This document shows, piece by piece, positions 31,532 to 41,371 of a stretch of DNA of 64,000 nucleotides. Numbering within the stretch: the stretch's first letter is position 1; every line of letters begins with the position of its first letter. The stretch comes from Chromatiaceae bacterium (lineage in GTDB: Bacteria > Pseudomonadota > Gammaproteobacteria > Chromatiales > Chromatiaceae), in NCBI GenBank assembly GCA_024639005.1, contig JAHEJD010000005.1, positions 15,563 through 79,562 of the forward strand. The letters run 5' to 3'. Below the pieces are notes generated by a model. The model was given only the letters and a program-made list of their open reading frames with translations, was not told the DNA's origin and did not search any database. Made by a program: the position numbers and the translations under genes.

Positions 31532-32644
31532 ATGGATTTCAATGACATTCTGGAAATGGTCGTCGAAAAAAAGGCATCTGACCTTTTCATCACCGCTGAC
31601 ATACCGCCAAGCATCAAGGTGCACGGTCGGGTTATGCCGGTTTCCAAAACCCGCTTGGACGCCTCACAATCGCGGGAGCTGACGCTGGGGCTGATGACGC
31701 CCGAACAACGCGACGAGTTTCTGCACACGAAGGAATGCAACTTCGCCTTTTCTGCACAGAACATCGGCCGTTTTCGCGTCAGCGCCTTTGTGCAGCGCGA
31801 TTGCGTCGGCATGGTGCTGCGGCGAATCGAGACGCGCATCCCCAGCTTCGAAGAACTCGGCCTGCCACCGACGCTCCATGAGCTGGCGATGGCCAACCGG
31901 GGGATCGTTTTCTTTGTCGGTGCGACCGGTACCGGCAAGTCGACATCGCTGGCGGCAATGGTTGGCTACCGCAACCAAAACAGCACTGGTCACATCATCA
32001 GTATCGAGGACCCGATAGAGTTTCTGCATAACCATGCAGGATGCATCGTCACCCAGCGTGAAGTCGGGATTGACACCGAGTCTTATGAAGTCGCGCTGCG
32101 CAACACATTGCGGCAGGCGCCGGACGTCATTCTCATCGGTGAGATCCGAACCCGCGAGGCCATGGAACACGCAATCAGCTTCGCCGAGACTGGTCACCTC
32201 GTCCTGACCACCCTGCATGCCAATAACGCCAACCAGGCGCTGGATCGCATGCTGCATTTCTTCCCTGAGGACCAGCACGATCAGGTCCTGATGGATCTGT
32301 CATTGAATCTGCGTGGGGTCGTCGCCCAACAGCTGGTGCGGCGGCCCCAGGGCAATGGCCGCAAGGCGATCATGGAGATACTGCTGAATACGCCCTTGGT
32401 TGCCGACCTCATCGTCAAGGGCGAGGTGAGCAAGCTTAAGGAACTGATGAAACGATCGACGGAGCAAGGCATGGTTACGTTCGACCAAGCTTTGTACGAT
32501 GCCTTCAGGCGCGGCGAAATAACCGAGGATGACGCGCTGCGCTATGCCGATTCCTCCAACGAAGTGCGATTGATGATCAAGTTGGGTGACACCAGTCCGA
32601 GTGCGTTGAGTCGAGAGGCCGGGACCCTGGATTTTCGCGAGTAG
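31532..32644 (+). CDS. pilU: PilT-family ATPase PilU
   Basis: The start is refined to ATG 31532, after GGGAGGA. It has Walker A GATGTGKST and lies immediately downstream of pilT. Confidence 0.9.
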   Translation: MDFNDILEMVVEKKASDLFITADIPPSIKVHGRVMPVSKTRLDASQSRELTLGLMTPEQRDEFLHTKECNFAFSAQNIGRFRVSAFVQRDCVGMVLRRIETRIPSFEELGLPPTLHELAMANRGIVFFVGATGTGKSTSLAAMVGYRNQNSTGHIISIEDPIEFLHNHAGCIVTQREVGIDTESYEVALRNTLRQAPDVILIGEIRTREAMEHAISFAETGHLVLTTLHANNANQALDRMLHFFPEDQHDQVLMDLSLNLRGVVAQQLVRRPQGNGRKAIMEILLNTPLVADLIVKGEVSKLKELMKRSTEQGMVTFDQALYDAFRRGEITEDDALRYADSSNEVRLMIKLGDTSPSALSREAGTLDFRE

Positions 32645-32652
32645 TTCGTCTG

Positions 32653-32680
32653 GCGGATTTTGATCCGCACCAAAATTTTC
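32653..32680 (+). terminator. Candidate intrinsic terminator after pilU
   Basis: The stem is gcggat (32653-32658) / atccgc (32663-32668) with loop tttg, followed by accaaaattttc, a weak U-tract. Confidence 0.5.
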
Positions 32681-32926
32681 AGTTGCTTCAAGTGATCTAG
32701 TCGTTTAATTTCTAATCTCTAAACGTCTCAGGCCGTGCAGGCCGCGGATCGCCCGGCGCCCTCGCGGCTCGATCGCTGAGGTTCCGGATGTCAGCCAGTT
32801 AAGCTGCCGGACTGTTTTAGGGAAGAAACGACGCTTGGTTCATATTCGCTTCAGCTTGCTGCCGGATGCCTACAGCGCGGGGTCGATTGGCTCGCGAGTC
32901 CCTGATTCCCAAACCCTTCGTGCAGC

Positions 32927-35791
32927 ATGCAGGCTGGACGCCGCAATTCATCGATCCTGACGGACGTTATGCATAAGTCGGGTGACATGGGCGATGGCCA
33001 GAAAAGAATCTTCCTCGGTTTAAAGTGGAAGCTGTTCCTGGTGCTGACCCTCGCTTTCCTCGTTGTCAACGGGAGTTCCGCCTTCCTCGTTTACCGCAAG
33101 ACTGTGGGACTTCTGGAGACCCAACTGGCAAATCGCCGGATCAAGCAGGTGCGCGACCTGAATCTGGTCTTGTCCGACAGCTTTGCCAGATTGGGGGACT
33201 TCGCCACTTTAATATCCCAGCTTATGATCCCGATGCGCGAGACAGATGTCTATTCTCCACCGCATCGGAAGTCCGCATTGCTGTCAGTGCAGGGCGAGAC
33301 GCTCGGCACAGGCTGGGGTGTGGACGGCGTCTACTACTTCGCCGCTGACGATATCCGAACAGCCGCCGTCACCTTGCCTGCGCAGCGCGCAGCCCCCGAA
33401 ATCGAGACGCTGCTGGAGCAGGGGCGCCGCAGTCTGGGCACGCAAGCAAGGCTGGTCTGTGACGATGAATGCTCGCAGATCGTGGTCTTGCCGGTCCTTT
33501 ACCAAAGAGGGCTAGCGGGCCTCCTGGTCGTCGAGCGCACGATCGCTGCGAGTCAGAAGAGATTTTCGCAGCTGTTCGGCGCCGATTTCATTTTACTCGA
33601 TCCGGCGGACACAAGCAGCAATGCCGGCGTTCGCCGGCGCGCGTCATCCCGGTTGGCGGGTATCGCGCCGACCCGTGCCGAGGCGGTGGCGCGAATTCTG
33701 CGAACACCGAAGGCGCTGTCGATTTTCAGTGGATTGTCAGAGTCGCCGCAACGGTTTCGCGACGCTGCCGAATGGTATGATGTGTATCGGGCGCCAATCC
33801 CTGGCGGCCAATCTGGCCTCGATGCCGTAATCATCGATCACGTGACAGGGCAGGTCCTTGCAATCGAGAAAGCCGCCCGCGAGAGCTTGCTCATAGGGAC
33901 GGTTGGCGCGCTGCTGTACGGACTCATCGTGTTGGCGCTGCTATGGCGACCGACGCAGCGGATCCGTGATGCTATGCGGCTTCTGCCCGCGTTGGCGGAC
34001 AGTGCGCGTCCGCAGCTACACCGTGAATTGACCCAGCTCGATGAAGCGCCGGTTCTGCCCGACGAAATCGATGGCGTTTTCAGCGCCATGGGTGAGCTCT
34101 CTCGACAGATCGACAGCTTGGAGCGCGCCCGCACTGTGGCGGAGCAGGGTTTGCGTGACAGCGAGCGGAGTCTTCAGCTGGCGCAGTCAATGGCCAGAGT
34201 AGCGAGCTGTGCCGCTGAGCCCAGCGCCGGGATCTTTCGGATAACCGAAGGCGCGCGGCGCATTCACGAGGCCCTTGAGTCGGTGGGAACATGGGCCGAG
34301 TTTCAGCGCCTGGTGCATCCGGAAGATCGCAGTCGTGTCCAAGCCGCCTGGCGACGCTCCAGTGCGGTGCGCGCGATGGATATCGAGTTTCGCTTGTTGA
34401 TCGATGAGCGGGTCATCTATCTGCATGCGATGGCCGAGTTCGCGGACTCGAAATCCTGTCATACCCCACGCGCCGCGGGTATGCTGCAGGACGTGACGGA
34501 TCTGCGTGTAGCGGAACGGATATGCAGCACGCATCGTGAAAGGCTCGAGACGGCGGTGCTGGAACGAATGGCGCAGCTGGATTCCGCACGTAATGCAGCG
34601 CTGAAATCGGCACAGATGAAAAGTGACTTTCTGGCCAACATGAGCCATGAAATTCGTACGCCCCTGAATGCAGTCTTGGGCCTCTCGCAGATCGGTGTGC
34701 AGCAAAGTTGCAATGGAGAGATCGCGGCGACTTTTCACCGGATCATCGATGCTGGCGAGTTCCTGCTGAGAATTGTCAATGAGATATTGGAGTTGTCAAA
34801 GTTAGAGGCGGGCAAGTTGACCATTGAGACGCGCTCCTTCGAACTGAGAAAGATCCTATCTCAGTGCATGCAGATGCTGCAGCAGCCGGGCGAGGCAAAG
34901 TCTCTACAGATGGCGCTTGGTATCGCTTCTGATGTCCCCGAATGGGTGATCGGTGACGCCTATCGGCTGCGACAGATCCTGCTCAACCTCCTGAGCAACG
35001 CCGTCAAGTTTACTGAACGCGGCTCAGTGCGGCTGGAGGTGTCTATGGAAGCTGCGAGGCTTTGTTTCAGGGTGATCGATAGCGGCTTCGGAATATCATC
35101 TGAACAGATCGATCGCTTGTTCACGCCATATCAGCAAGGCCTGCACAATGGGCCTGTGGTCCGTGAAGGGACGGGTCTCGGGCTCAGTATCAGTAAAAGG
35201 CTGGCGACCTTGATGGACGGCAGCATCACGGTGCACAGCAGACCCGGCGACGGCAGTCAGTTCATCCTGCACCTGCCATTGCGGACGGGCAGTGCGCCGG
35301 ACAATGGACAGACCCATCGGACCCAACTGGCTCCGCTCGAGACGAGGCGACGGCTGACGGGCATCCGGATTCTGGTTGTCGACGACGTGGCGGTAAACCG
35401 TCTGATATTGGAGGCGCAGTTGCGCTCTCAGGGCGCCACAGTAACGACGGCGAGCACAGGCGCTGAAGCGGTAAGTCTGTTGTCGGACGGGCGAGGTAGC
35501 CGGTTCGACATGGTGTTCATGGATGTCGAAATGCCTGGGCTGTGCGGTCGCCAGGCGACTTCCGAGATCCGCGGCCGAGGACTCGAGGTGCCGATTATCG
35601 GCGTCACCGCCCATGTGTCGGCGGAGGCCCGTCAGGCGTCAATCGCCGCCGGGATGACCGATCAACTGGTCAAACCGGTGATGCCGGAGGCGATTGTCGA
35701 CAAGGTTTTGCGCCATGCGCGCGAGCGAATCGCCGTGCGGTCCATTGACGCGGCGGCCCCTGAGCGGGCAAGCGCTCAGAAGACGCTGTAA
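32927..35791 (+). CDS. Hybrid sensor histidine kinase / response regulator (TM - periplasmic - TM - PAS - HisKA - HATPase - REC)
   Basis: TM segments are LFLVLTLAFLVVNGSSAFLVY and LLIGTVGALLYGLIVLALLW. The H-box is ANMSHEIRTPLNAV, the G-box is GTGLGLSISKRL, and the REC domain is ILVVDDVAVNRL ... MVFMDVEMPG ... LVKPV. Alternative starts are 32969 and 32987. Confidence 0.85.
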   Translation: MQAGRRNSSILTDVMHKSGDMGDGQKRIFLGLKWKLFLVLTLAFLVVNGSSAFLVYRKTVGLLETQLANRRIKQVRDLNLVLSDSFARLGDFATLISQLMIPMRETDVYSPPHRKSALLSVQGETLGTGWGVDGVYYFAADDIRTAAVTLPAQRAAPEIETLLEQGRRSLGTQARLVCDDECSQIVVLPVLYQRGLAGLLVVERTIAASQKRFSQLFGADFILLDPADTSSNAGVRRRASSRLAGIAPTRAEAVARILRTPKALSIFSGLSESPQRFRDAAEWYDVYRAPIPGGQSGLDAVIIDHVTGQVLAIEKAARESLLIGTVGALLYGLIVLALLWRPTQRIRDAMRLLPALADSARPQLHRELTQLDEAPVLPDEIDGVFSAMGELSRQIDSLERARTVAEQGLRDSERSLQLAQSMARVASCAAEPSAGIFRITEGARRIHEALESVGTWAEFQRLVHPEDRSRVQAAWRRSSAVRAMDIEFRLLIDERVIYLHAMAEFADSKSCHTPRAAGMLQDVTDLRVAERICSTHRERLETAVLERMAQLDSARNAALKSAQMKSDFLANMSHEIRTPLNAVLGLSQIGVQQSCNGEIAATFHRIIDAGEFLLRIVNEILELSKLEAGKLTIETRSFELRKILSQCMQMLQQPGEAKSLQMALGIASDVPEWVIGDAYRLRQILLNLLSNAVKFTERGSVRLEVSMEAARLCFRVIDSGFGISSEQIDRLFTPYQQGLHNGPVVREGTGLGLSISKRLATLMDGSITVHSRPGDGSQFILHLPLRTGSAPDNGQTHRTQLAPLETRRRLTGIRILVVDDVAVNRLILEAQLRSQGATVTTASTGAEAVSLLSDGRGSRFDMVFMDVEMPGLCGRQATSEIRGRGLEVPIIGVTAHVSAEARQASIAAGMTDQLVKPVMPEAIVDKVLRHARERIAVRSIDAAAPERASAQKTL

Positions 35792-36636
35792 CCGTCGAAT
35801 ACCGGACCGTCTACACAAACGCGTTTCATCGCCGGGCCGTCGGGTGTGCTGACCTCAACGACACAACCCGCGCAACCGCCGACTGCACAGGCCATGAACT
35901 CCTCGAGTGAGATCTGCACCGGCAGCCCATAGTCGCGGGCAAGGCTGACGACAGCCTGCAGCATCGGGTGGGGACCGCAGGCGTAGATGCCGACGTCCGT
36001 GCGCTGGTGCTCGCCGAGACCGTCGAGCCAATGCCGGGCGAGATCTGTCACATAGCCCATATGACAGCCTGCATAGCCCTGCAGGCTCGCCAGACGGCTG
36101 GGAATACCCCAGTCCTCCAGCAACGGCATTGCGGCAATGACGCCTTCCGGGATTCCTTCGAGCAGGAACTGTGAGGGCCGCGGGGTGAAAGGGAAGGGCA
36201 CCTCGGAGCCGAGAATGGCCACAGGTCGCCGATCGCTTCGGCGCAAGGATTCGGCGATAAATACCATAGGCGGCATGCCGACTCCGCCGCCGATCAGCAG
36301 GGGCCGCTGGTGCGCGATGGTGAAGGGAATGCCGATTGGACCCATGACGCTGAGGCGCTCGCCGGGGCGGCGCCTAGACAGCAGGCTGCTGCCGTCGCCC
36401 ACCACCTTGTACAGAAACTCCAGCCAGCCTGCGTCCGCTGCGGCCCGCATGATCGAGATCGGCCGGCGCATCGGACGCTGTGGGTCGACGGTGATATGTG
36501 CAAACTGGCCGGCGCGTGCGCGCGCCGCGCATCCGGGCGCATTCACTCGCAGGACGTATTGATCGCCAGCCATGGCCTCGTGGCAAAGGATCTCGGCGTC
36601 TTCGACCAGGATGGTATTGCGATGTGGTTTGTCCAT
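35776..36636 (-). CDS. PyrK-like FAD/NAD-binding oxidoreductase with a C-terminal [2Fe-2S] motif (dihydroorotate dehydrogenase electron-transfer-subunit family)
   Basis: It has the FAD motif RPISIM, the nucleotide-binding motif LLIGGGVGMPP, and the cluster motif CAVGGCAGC ... RVCVDGPVF (C-x4-C-x2-C ... C). Its start codon (36634-36636) overlaps the pyrC' stop (36636-38). Confidence 0.8.
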   Translation of the reverse strand: MDKPHRNTILVEDAEILCHEAMAGDQYVLRVNAPGCAARARAGQFAHITVDPQRPMRRPISIMRAAADAGWLEFLYKVVGDGSSLLSRRRPGERLSVMGPIGIPFTIAHQRPLLIGGGVGMPPMVFIAESLRRSDRRPVAILGSEVPFPFTPRPSQFLLEGIPEGVIAAMPLLEDWGIPSRLASLQGYAGCHMGYVTDLARHWLDGLGEHQRTDVGIYACGPHPMLQAVVSLARDYGLPVQISLEEFMACAVGGCAGCVVEVSTPDGPAMKRVCVDGPVFDGYSVF

Positions 36637-37922
36637 CAGTCGCTATCACTTGCGCGGTAGACGATGCGGCCGTTGAACAGGGTGTAAGTGATATATCCAG
36701 CGAAGTCCCAGCCTGAAAATGGCGTGTTGTGGCCCTCACTGCGCATGGTCTCGGTATCCAGCGTCCAGCGCCGCTCTGGATCGAACACGCACACGTCGGC
36801 CGGCGAGCCAATGCCCAATCGGCCGTGGGGCAGGCCCAGGATATCTGCCGGTCCGCTGGTTACCCGGGCAATCGCAGTGGGCAGATCGAACACCTTTTCC
36901 TCAACCAACCGCAAGGTCAGCCCAAGCAGCGTCTCGAGGCCAGAGATGCCGGGTTCGGTCTCGGGGAAGGGGCGCTGTTTGGCGTCAGGTTCGTGTGGTT
37001 GATGGTCGGAACAGATCGCTGCGATGGTCCCGTCGGCCACCGCGCGCCGCAACGCGGCCCGGTCTCCGAGGGTGCGAAACGGAGGCGACACATGACACTC
37101 GGCCACGAAACCATCAACGTCCATTTCGGTCAGGTGCAACTGATGGGCCGCGACATCGGCGGTGACCGCGAGACTGGCCGCCTGGGCCTCGCTGATCATA
37201 CGGGCCGCCGTCTGCGTCGACAGATTGCGGAAATGCACCTTGGCCTTGGTGTGCTCGGCGAGCGCGAGATCGCGCGCAACCGCGACGCTCTCTGCCGCCG
37301 ACGGGATGCTCGGCAGTCCAAGACGGGCTGCAACGGCGCCCTCATGGGCACAGCCTCCGGCCCTCAGATGGCGGTCTTCGGAGCGCAGGAAGACGGTAAG
37401 CCCAAATGTGGTGGCATACTCCAGCGCTCGCCGCTCGACCAGTGTTGAGGCAAGTGGGTGATGGGCATTGCTGACCGCAACGCAGCCCGCCTGTTTGAGG
37501 GCAGCCATCTCGGACAGCTGTTCACCCTTCAGCCCCCGGGTCAGGGCGCCAGTCGCCAGGATTCTGGCCTGGCCAAGCTTGCGCGCCATGCGGTGCACGA
37601 GTTCGACGACCGCGGAATTATCGATTACGGGATTGGTGTTGGGGGTGCACAACAGGGTGGTGATACCGCCGCGCGCGGCAGCTGCGGTCTCGCTGGCCAG
37701 GGTCGCTTTGTGTTCATAGCCCGGCTCCCGCAGGCTCGCTGCAAGGTCGACCAGTCCGGGGCAGACCACACAATCCCGGGCATCGATGATCTCATCGGCA
37801 GCGAATTCGGCAGGGGCACCGCCCACAGCGACGACAATTTCGCCGTCAGTGTGCAGATCGAGGAAATCGTCGATGCCGTGGGCGGGATCGATTAGACGGC
37901 CATTGATGATGCTGATGCTCAC
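36636..37922 (-). CDS. pyrC': Dihydroorotase-like protein lacking metal ligands (PyrC'-type non-catalytic aspartate carbamoyltransferase partner)
   Basis: This 428-aa amidohydrolase-fold protein has [14 protein letters not shown] where active type I enzymes have D-x-H-x-H. It also has RSED in place of H-x-E-D and HFRNLST in place of H-x-x-H-x-S. It overlaps pyrB by ATGA. Confidence 0.85.
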   Translation of the reverse strand: MSISIINGRLIDPAHGIDDFLDLHTDGEIVVAVGGAPAEFAADEIIDARDCVVCPGLVDLAASLREPGYEHKATLASETAAAARGGITTLLCTPNTNPVIDNSAVVELVHRMARKLGQARILATGALTRGLKGEQLSEMAALKQAGCVAVSNAHHPLASTLVERRALEYATTFGLTVFLRSEDRHLRAGGCAHEGAVAARLGLPSIPSAAESVAVARDLALAEHTKAKVHFRNLSTQTAARMISEAQAASLAVTADVAAHQLHLTEMDVDGFVAECHVSPPFRTLGDRAALRRAVADGTIAAICSDHQPHEPDAKQRPFPETEPGISGLETLLGLTLRLVEEKVFDLPTAIARVTSGPADILGLPHGRLGIGSPADVCVFDPERRWTLDTETMRSEGHNTPFSGWDFAGYITYTLFNGRIVYRASDSD

Positions 37923-38905
37923 GACTCACCGCCGAGATCTGCCAGTGACTGCATCGCCATGGACATGATCGCCATGCGCACGGCGATGCCGTAGCTCACT
38001 TGCTGCAGAATTACTGAACGTGATCCGTCGGCCACTGCGGAGTCCATCTCGATACCGCGATTGATTGGTCCGGGATGCATGACGATGGCATCCGGTTTGG
38101 CGACCTCCAGACGCTCCTCTGTCAGGCCGTAGAGTCGAAAATACTCATGCTCGTTGGGCAGCAGTGCGCCGTCCATGCGCTCGCTCTGTAGACGCAGCAT
38201 GATAACCACGTCGACGTCCCTGATACCGTTCTCGAGATCGTGAAATACATGCACCCCCAGCGCCCGGGCCTCGGTGGGCAGCAGCGTGCGCGGGCCGACG
38301 ACGCGCACCTCGCTGACACCCAGTGTATTCAAGGCCAGGATCTGAGAGCGTGCCACGCGCGAATGCAGCACGTCGCCGACGATCGCCACCCGCAGCGGCG
38401 TGAATTCACCTTTGTGCTTGCGGATAGTGAACATATCGAGCATCGCCTGAGTCGGATGGGCATGGCGGCCATCACCGGCGTTGATCACGCTGACCCGCGG
38501 CGACGCATGCTCGGCGATAAAATGCGCGGCACCGGATTGCGCATGGCGGACGATGAACATGTCAGAGTGCATGGCCTCGATATTGCGTAAGGTATCGAGC
38601 AGGGTCTCACCCTTGGCGGTCGCCGATGTGTTGATGTTGAAGTTGATCACGTCTGCAGACAACAGTTTCGCAGCGAGTTCAAAGGTGGTGCGCGTTCGGG
38701 TGCTGGTCTCGAAGAATAGATTGGTGATGATACGCCCACGCAATAGCGGAACCTTTTTGACGGGCCGCCCGGGCAGTGTGGCGAACGACTCTGCGGTGTC
38801 CAGAATCTGCAACAGCAGCTCGCGACCCAATCCCTCTATCGTAAGAAAGTGGCGAAGTCGGCCATGCTCGTTGAGCTGCAGATCACGCGACGTTTGGGCA
38901 GGCAT
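37919..38905 (-). CDS. pyrB: Aspartate carbamoyltransferase catalytic chain
   Basis: The start is refined to ATG 38903-38905 ([26 protein letters not shown]). It has the motifs [13 protein letters not shown] and PGPINRG. Confidence 0.95.
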   Translation of the reverse strand: MPAQTSRDLQLNEHGRLRHFLTIEGLGRELLLQILDTAESFATLPGRPVKKVPLLRGRIITNLFFETSTRTRTTFELAAKLLSADVINFNINTSATAKGETLLDTLRNIEAMHSDMFIVRHAQSGAAHFIAEHASPRVSVINAGDGRHAHPTQAMLDMFTIRKHKGEFTPLRVAIVGDVLHSRVARSQILALNTLGVSEVRVVGPRTLLPTEARALGVHVFHDLENGIRDVDVVIMLRLQSERMDGALLPNEHEYFRLYGLTEERLEVAKPDAIVMHPGPINRGIEMDSAVADGSRSVILQQVSYGIAVRMAIMSMAMQSLADLGGES

Positions 38906-38927
38906 AGCGTCTGATCTCATGCCTCGT

Positions 38928-39464
38928 TCATCTGGCAGATCGGGGGCCATGCAGGATTTCCAGGCTGAGCGGATCGGGGCCGTTCAGTTTGATGTGGTCA
39001 TCCAGGCCCAACGGCGGGCTGAGTCCGATCACGTCGGGTTGGATGGGCAACTCGCGGCCGCTGCGTTCGATCAGAGTCACCAGCAGAATTGTAGCCGGGC
39101 GACCGAAATCGAAGATCTCGTTCATCGCTGCGCGAATGGTTCGCCCGGTGTGAAGGACGTCATCGACCAGGATGATGTTGCGATGATCGACATCGAAGTC
39201 GATCTGCGAGGGCTTTACCTGTGGATTGACGCCTATCTGGGTAAAATCGTCACGGTAGAAGCTGATGTCCAGGAGCCCGCTGGGTTCCTCCAGTCCAAGC
39301 AGCGCGTTGAGATGCTGGGCGACCCAGGCGCCGCCGGTATGGATGCCGATCATCGCCGGATTTTCCAGGTCTCGCTCGCTGAGTCGCTTGCGGAGTACCT
39401 GGGCCATCCCCCCAATCAGGTCGACAATCGCGGCATGCCGCATGAACAGGGTATTTTCAGTCAT
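38928..39464 (-). CDS. pyrR: Bifunctional pyr operon regulator / uracil phosphoribosyltransferase PyrR
   Basis: It has [18 protein letters not shown], and the PRPP motif [17 protein letters not shown]. Confidence 0.9.
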   Translation of the reverse strand: MTENTLFMRHAAIVDLIGGMAQVLRKRLSERDLENPAMIGIHTGGAWVAQHLNALLGLEEPSGLLDISFYRDDFTQIGVNPQVKPSQIDFDVDHRNIILVDDVLHTGRTIRAAMNEIFDFGRPATILLVTLIERSGRELPIQPDVIGLSPPLGLDDHIKLNGPDPLSLEILHGPRSAR

Positions 39465-39855
39465 TGAGCCAGGTTTCCAGGATCAGTTTGGCGGCATAAG
39501 AGTCTACCCTGGTCGGATCTTTGCCGGCCTTCTCACCAAGTCGTGCCCAGGCCTCACGGCTGGTCAGGCGTTCGTCGGCCAAGTGAACCGGCAGGTGAAA
39601 GCGACCTTGGAGCTGGCGCGCGAAACGCTTCGCCCCTGCCGCGTTGTCGGCTTCCCGGTCGGTCATCTCGATGGGGTGGCCGACTACTGCGGCCTGCGGG
39701 CGCCACTCGTCGAGGAGTCGGGCGATCCGTTGCCAGTCCGGTTTCTTGTTGACCATGCCCAGGGTCTCGAGCGGCGTGGCAGTGCGCGTCAAGGCCTGTC
39801 CCACGGCCACGCCAATCTTGTGCGTGCCGTAGTCGAAGCCCAGCAGCACCGCCAT
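39457..39855 (-). CDS. ruvX: Holliday-junction-resolvase-like / pre-16S rRNA nuclease YqgF
   Basis: The start is refined to ATG 39853-39855 (MAVLLGFDYGTHKIGVAVGQ), which has a TGATG overlap with yqgE. Confidence 0.9.
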   Translation of the reverse strand: MAVLLGFDYGTHKIGVAVGQALTRTATPLETLGMVNKKPDWQRIARLLDEWRPQAAVVGHPIEMTDREADNAAGAKRFARQLQGRFHLPVHLADERLTSREAWARLGEKAGKDPTRVDSYAAKLILETWLND

Positions 39856-40418
39856 CAGGCGTGTCCAGCCTCGCTGCTCAGCAGGTTGACATCGACCCCC
39901 AGGAGGCGTGCCGCCGCCTCCCAACGTTGATCGGCCGGCAGCTCGAACAGGATCGCCTGGTCGGTGGGTCCACTCAACCATGCGTTGTCCTGCATCTCGC
40001 GCTCCAGCTGGCCGGCACCCCAGCCAGCATAGCCCAGCGCCACCAGGGTGCGCTGCGGCCCATCGCCCCGGGCCATAGCCTCAAGAATGTCGCGAGAGGT
40101 CGTGATGCTGATGTTTTCATCGACCGGCAGCGTCGAGTCCCAGGGGTCCGTATGGGTATGCAAGACGAAGCCGCGTTCTTCTTCGACGGGTCCGCCCAAG
40201 TAGACGATCTGCTCTGCCGCGCCACCGACGCCGCCGTCGATCTGCATGTGCTGGAGGACATCGACCAGCCGCAACTCGGTCGGCCGGTTTATTACGATGC
40301 CCATGGCGCCATGGTCGCCATGTTCGCAGATATAGGTCACGGTGCGCGAGAAGTTGGGATCCTGAAGGCTCGGCATCGCGATCAGCAACTGGTTCTTCAG
40401 GGAATCTGTCTGACTCAT
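39855..40418 (-). CDS. yqgE: YqgE/AlgH family protein
   Basis: LLIAMPSLQDPNFSRTVTYICEHGDHGAMGIVINRP is the family hallmark. Confidence 0.9.
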   Translation of the reverse strand: MSQTDSLKNQLLIAMPSLQDPNFSRTVTYICEHGDHGAMGIVINRPTELRLVDVLQHMQIDGGVGGAAEQIVYLGGPVEEERGFVLHTHTDPWDSTLPVDENISITTSRDILEAMARGDGPQRTLVALGYAGWGAGQLEREMQDNAWLSGPTDQAILFELPADQRWEAAARLLGVDVNLLSSEAGHA

Positions 40419-40458
40419 GGATACAGTATCGTGCGCTATCCTCTGCGCGGCAAGCCGA

Positions 40459-41349
40459 TCACTTGGCAGAGAAAAGGGTATTGCCGTCGAGAAACTGCCA
40501 GGTGCGTGTGATATCGAGCACGTCCACTTCCTGTCGAATTTCCGGCGGAAACGGGGCGAACGGCGCGGCCAGGCGGACGATTCGGACTGCCGCGTCGTCG
40601 AGCAACTTGTGGCCCGACGAACGCACGACCCGGATCCGCTCCACGCTGCCGTCAGCTCGCACCGCGACGTGCATCAACAGGTTGCCGTACAGCTTGTTGC
40701 GCTTGGCCTCGTCGGGATAGTTCAGATTGCCGATCTTCTCGACCTTGCTACGCCAGGCCTCGAGATAGGAGGCGTACTTGTATTCCTGTGTGCTTGCATT
40801 TACCGCCTTGCGCCTATCCTGCCGCGAGGCGGACAACGAACGTCGGTCGAGCTCGGCGGTCAGTCGGTCGATCTCCTGCTGGGTACTGGCCAGCAGCTGG
40901 CTGATCTTGGCGCGCGGTTTTGCCTTGACGTTGGGCTTCGGTGGTGGAACTACCTCCGCACGCGGCGCCTCGGTGGTGGTGATGATCTCCGCGGTCCGAC
41001 GCGGCTGCATCTCCTCGGCACCGGATCTCTCCAGCTCCAGCGCCGGTTTGGGTTTCGGGGTCGCCTCCGGATTACCCAGCGGGCTGGTCTGGCGCTCCTT
41101 GCGGGTCTGATCGCCGCCGCCCTCCTGGTCCTGCTGCGCCAGAAAATCGGGGTTTTCAATCGGTTCGGGTTTGGGTTTCGGCTGCACCAGCGTGATATCC
41201 AGCGTGCGCTCGGGTGCCGGTGGGCGCTCGCGCGAGACATCGAAGCTGATGCTGAACAGGATGAAGGCGTGAATGGTCAGCGCCAAGACCAGCGCAAACC
41301 CGATCGGGTCGGTGGAATGACGGGTCGCCAGGAAGCCGTTGATATCCAT
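40459..41349 (-). CDS. tonB: TonB family energy transducer
   Basis: It has an N-terminal TM anchor, a Pro/Lys/Glu-rich spacer (VQPKPKPEPIENP), and a C-terminal TonB domain (YPDEAKRNKLYGNLLMHVAVRADGSVERIRVVRSSGHKLLDDAAVRIV). Confidence 0.8.
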   Translation of the reverse strand: MDINGFLATRHSTDPIGFALVLALTIHAFILFSISFDVSRERPPAPERTLDITLVQPKPKPEPIENPDFLAQQDQEGGGDQTRKERQTSPLGNPEATPKPKPALELERSGAEEMQPRRTAEIITTTEAPRAEVVPPPKPNVKAKPRAKISQLLASTQQEIDRLTAELDRRSLSASRQDRRKAVNASTQEYKYASYLEAWRSKVEKIGNLNYPDEAKRNKLYGNLLMHVAVRADGSVERIRVVRSSGHKLLDDAAVRIVRLAAPFAPFPPEIRQEVDVLDITRTWQFLDGNTLFSAK

Positions 41350-41371
41350 ACGGTAGACGCGTCGCCCGGCC

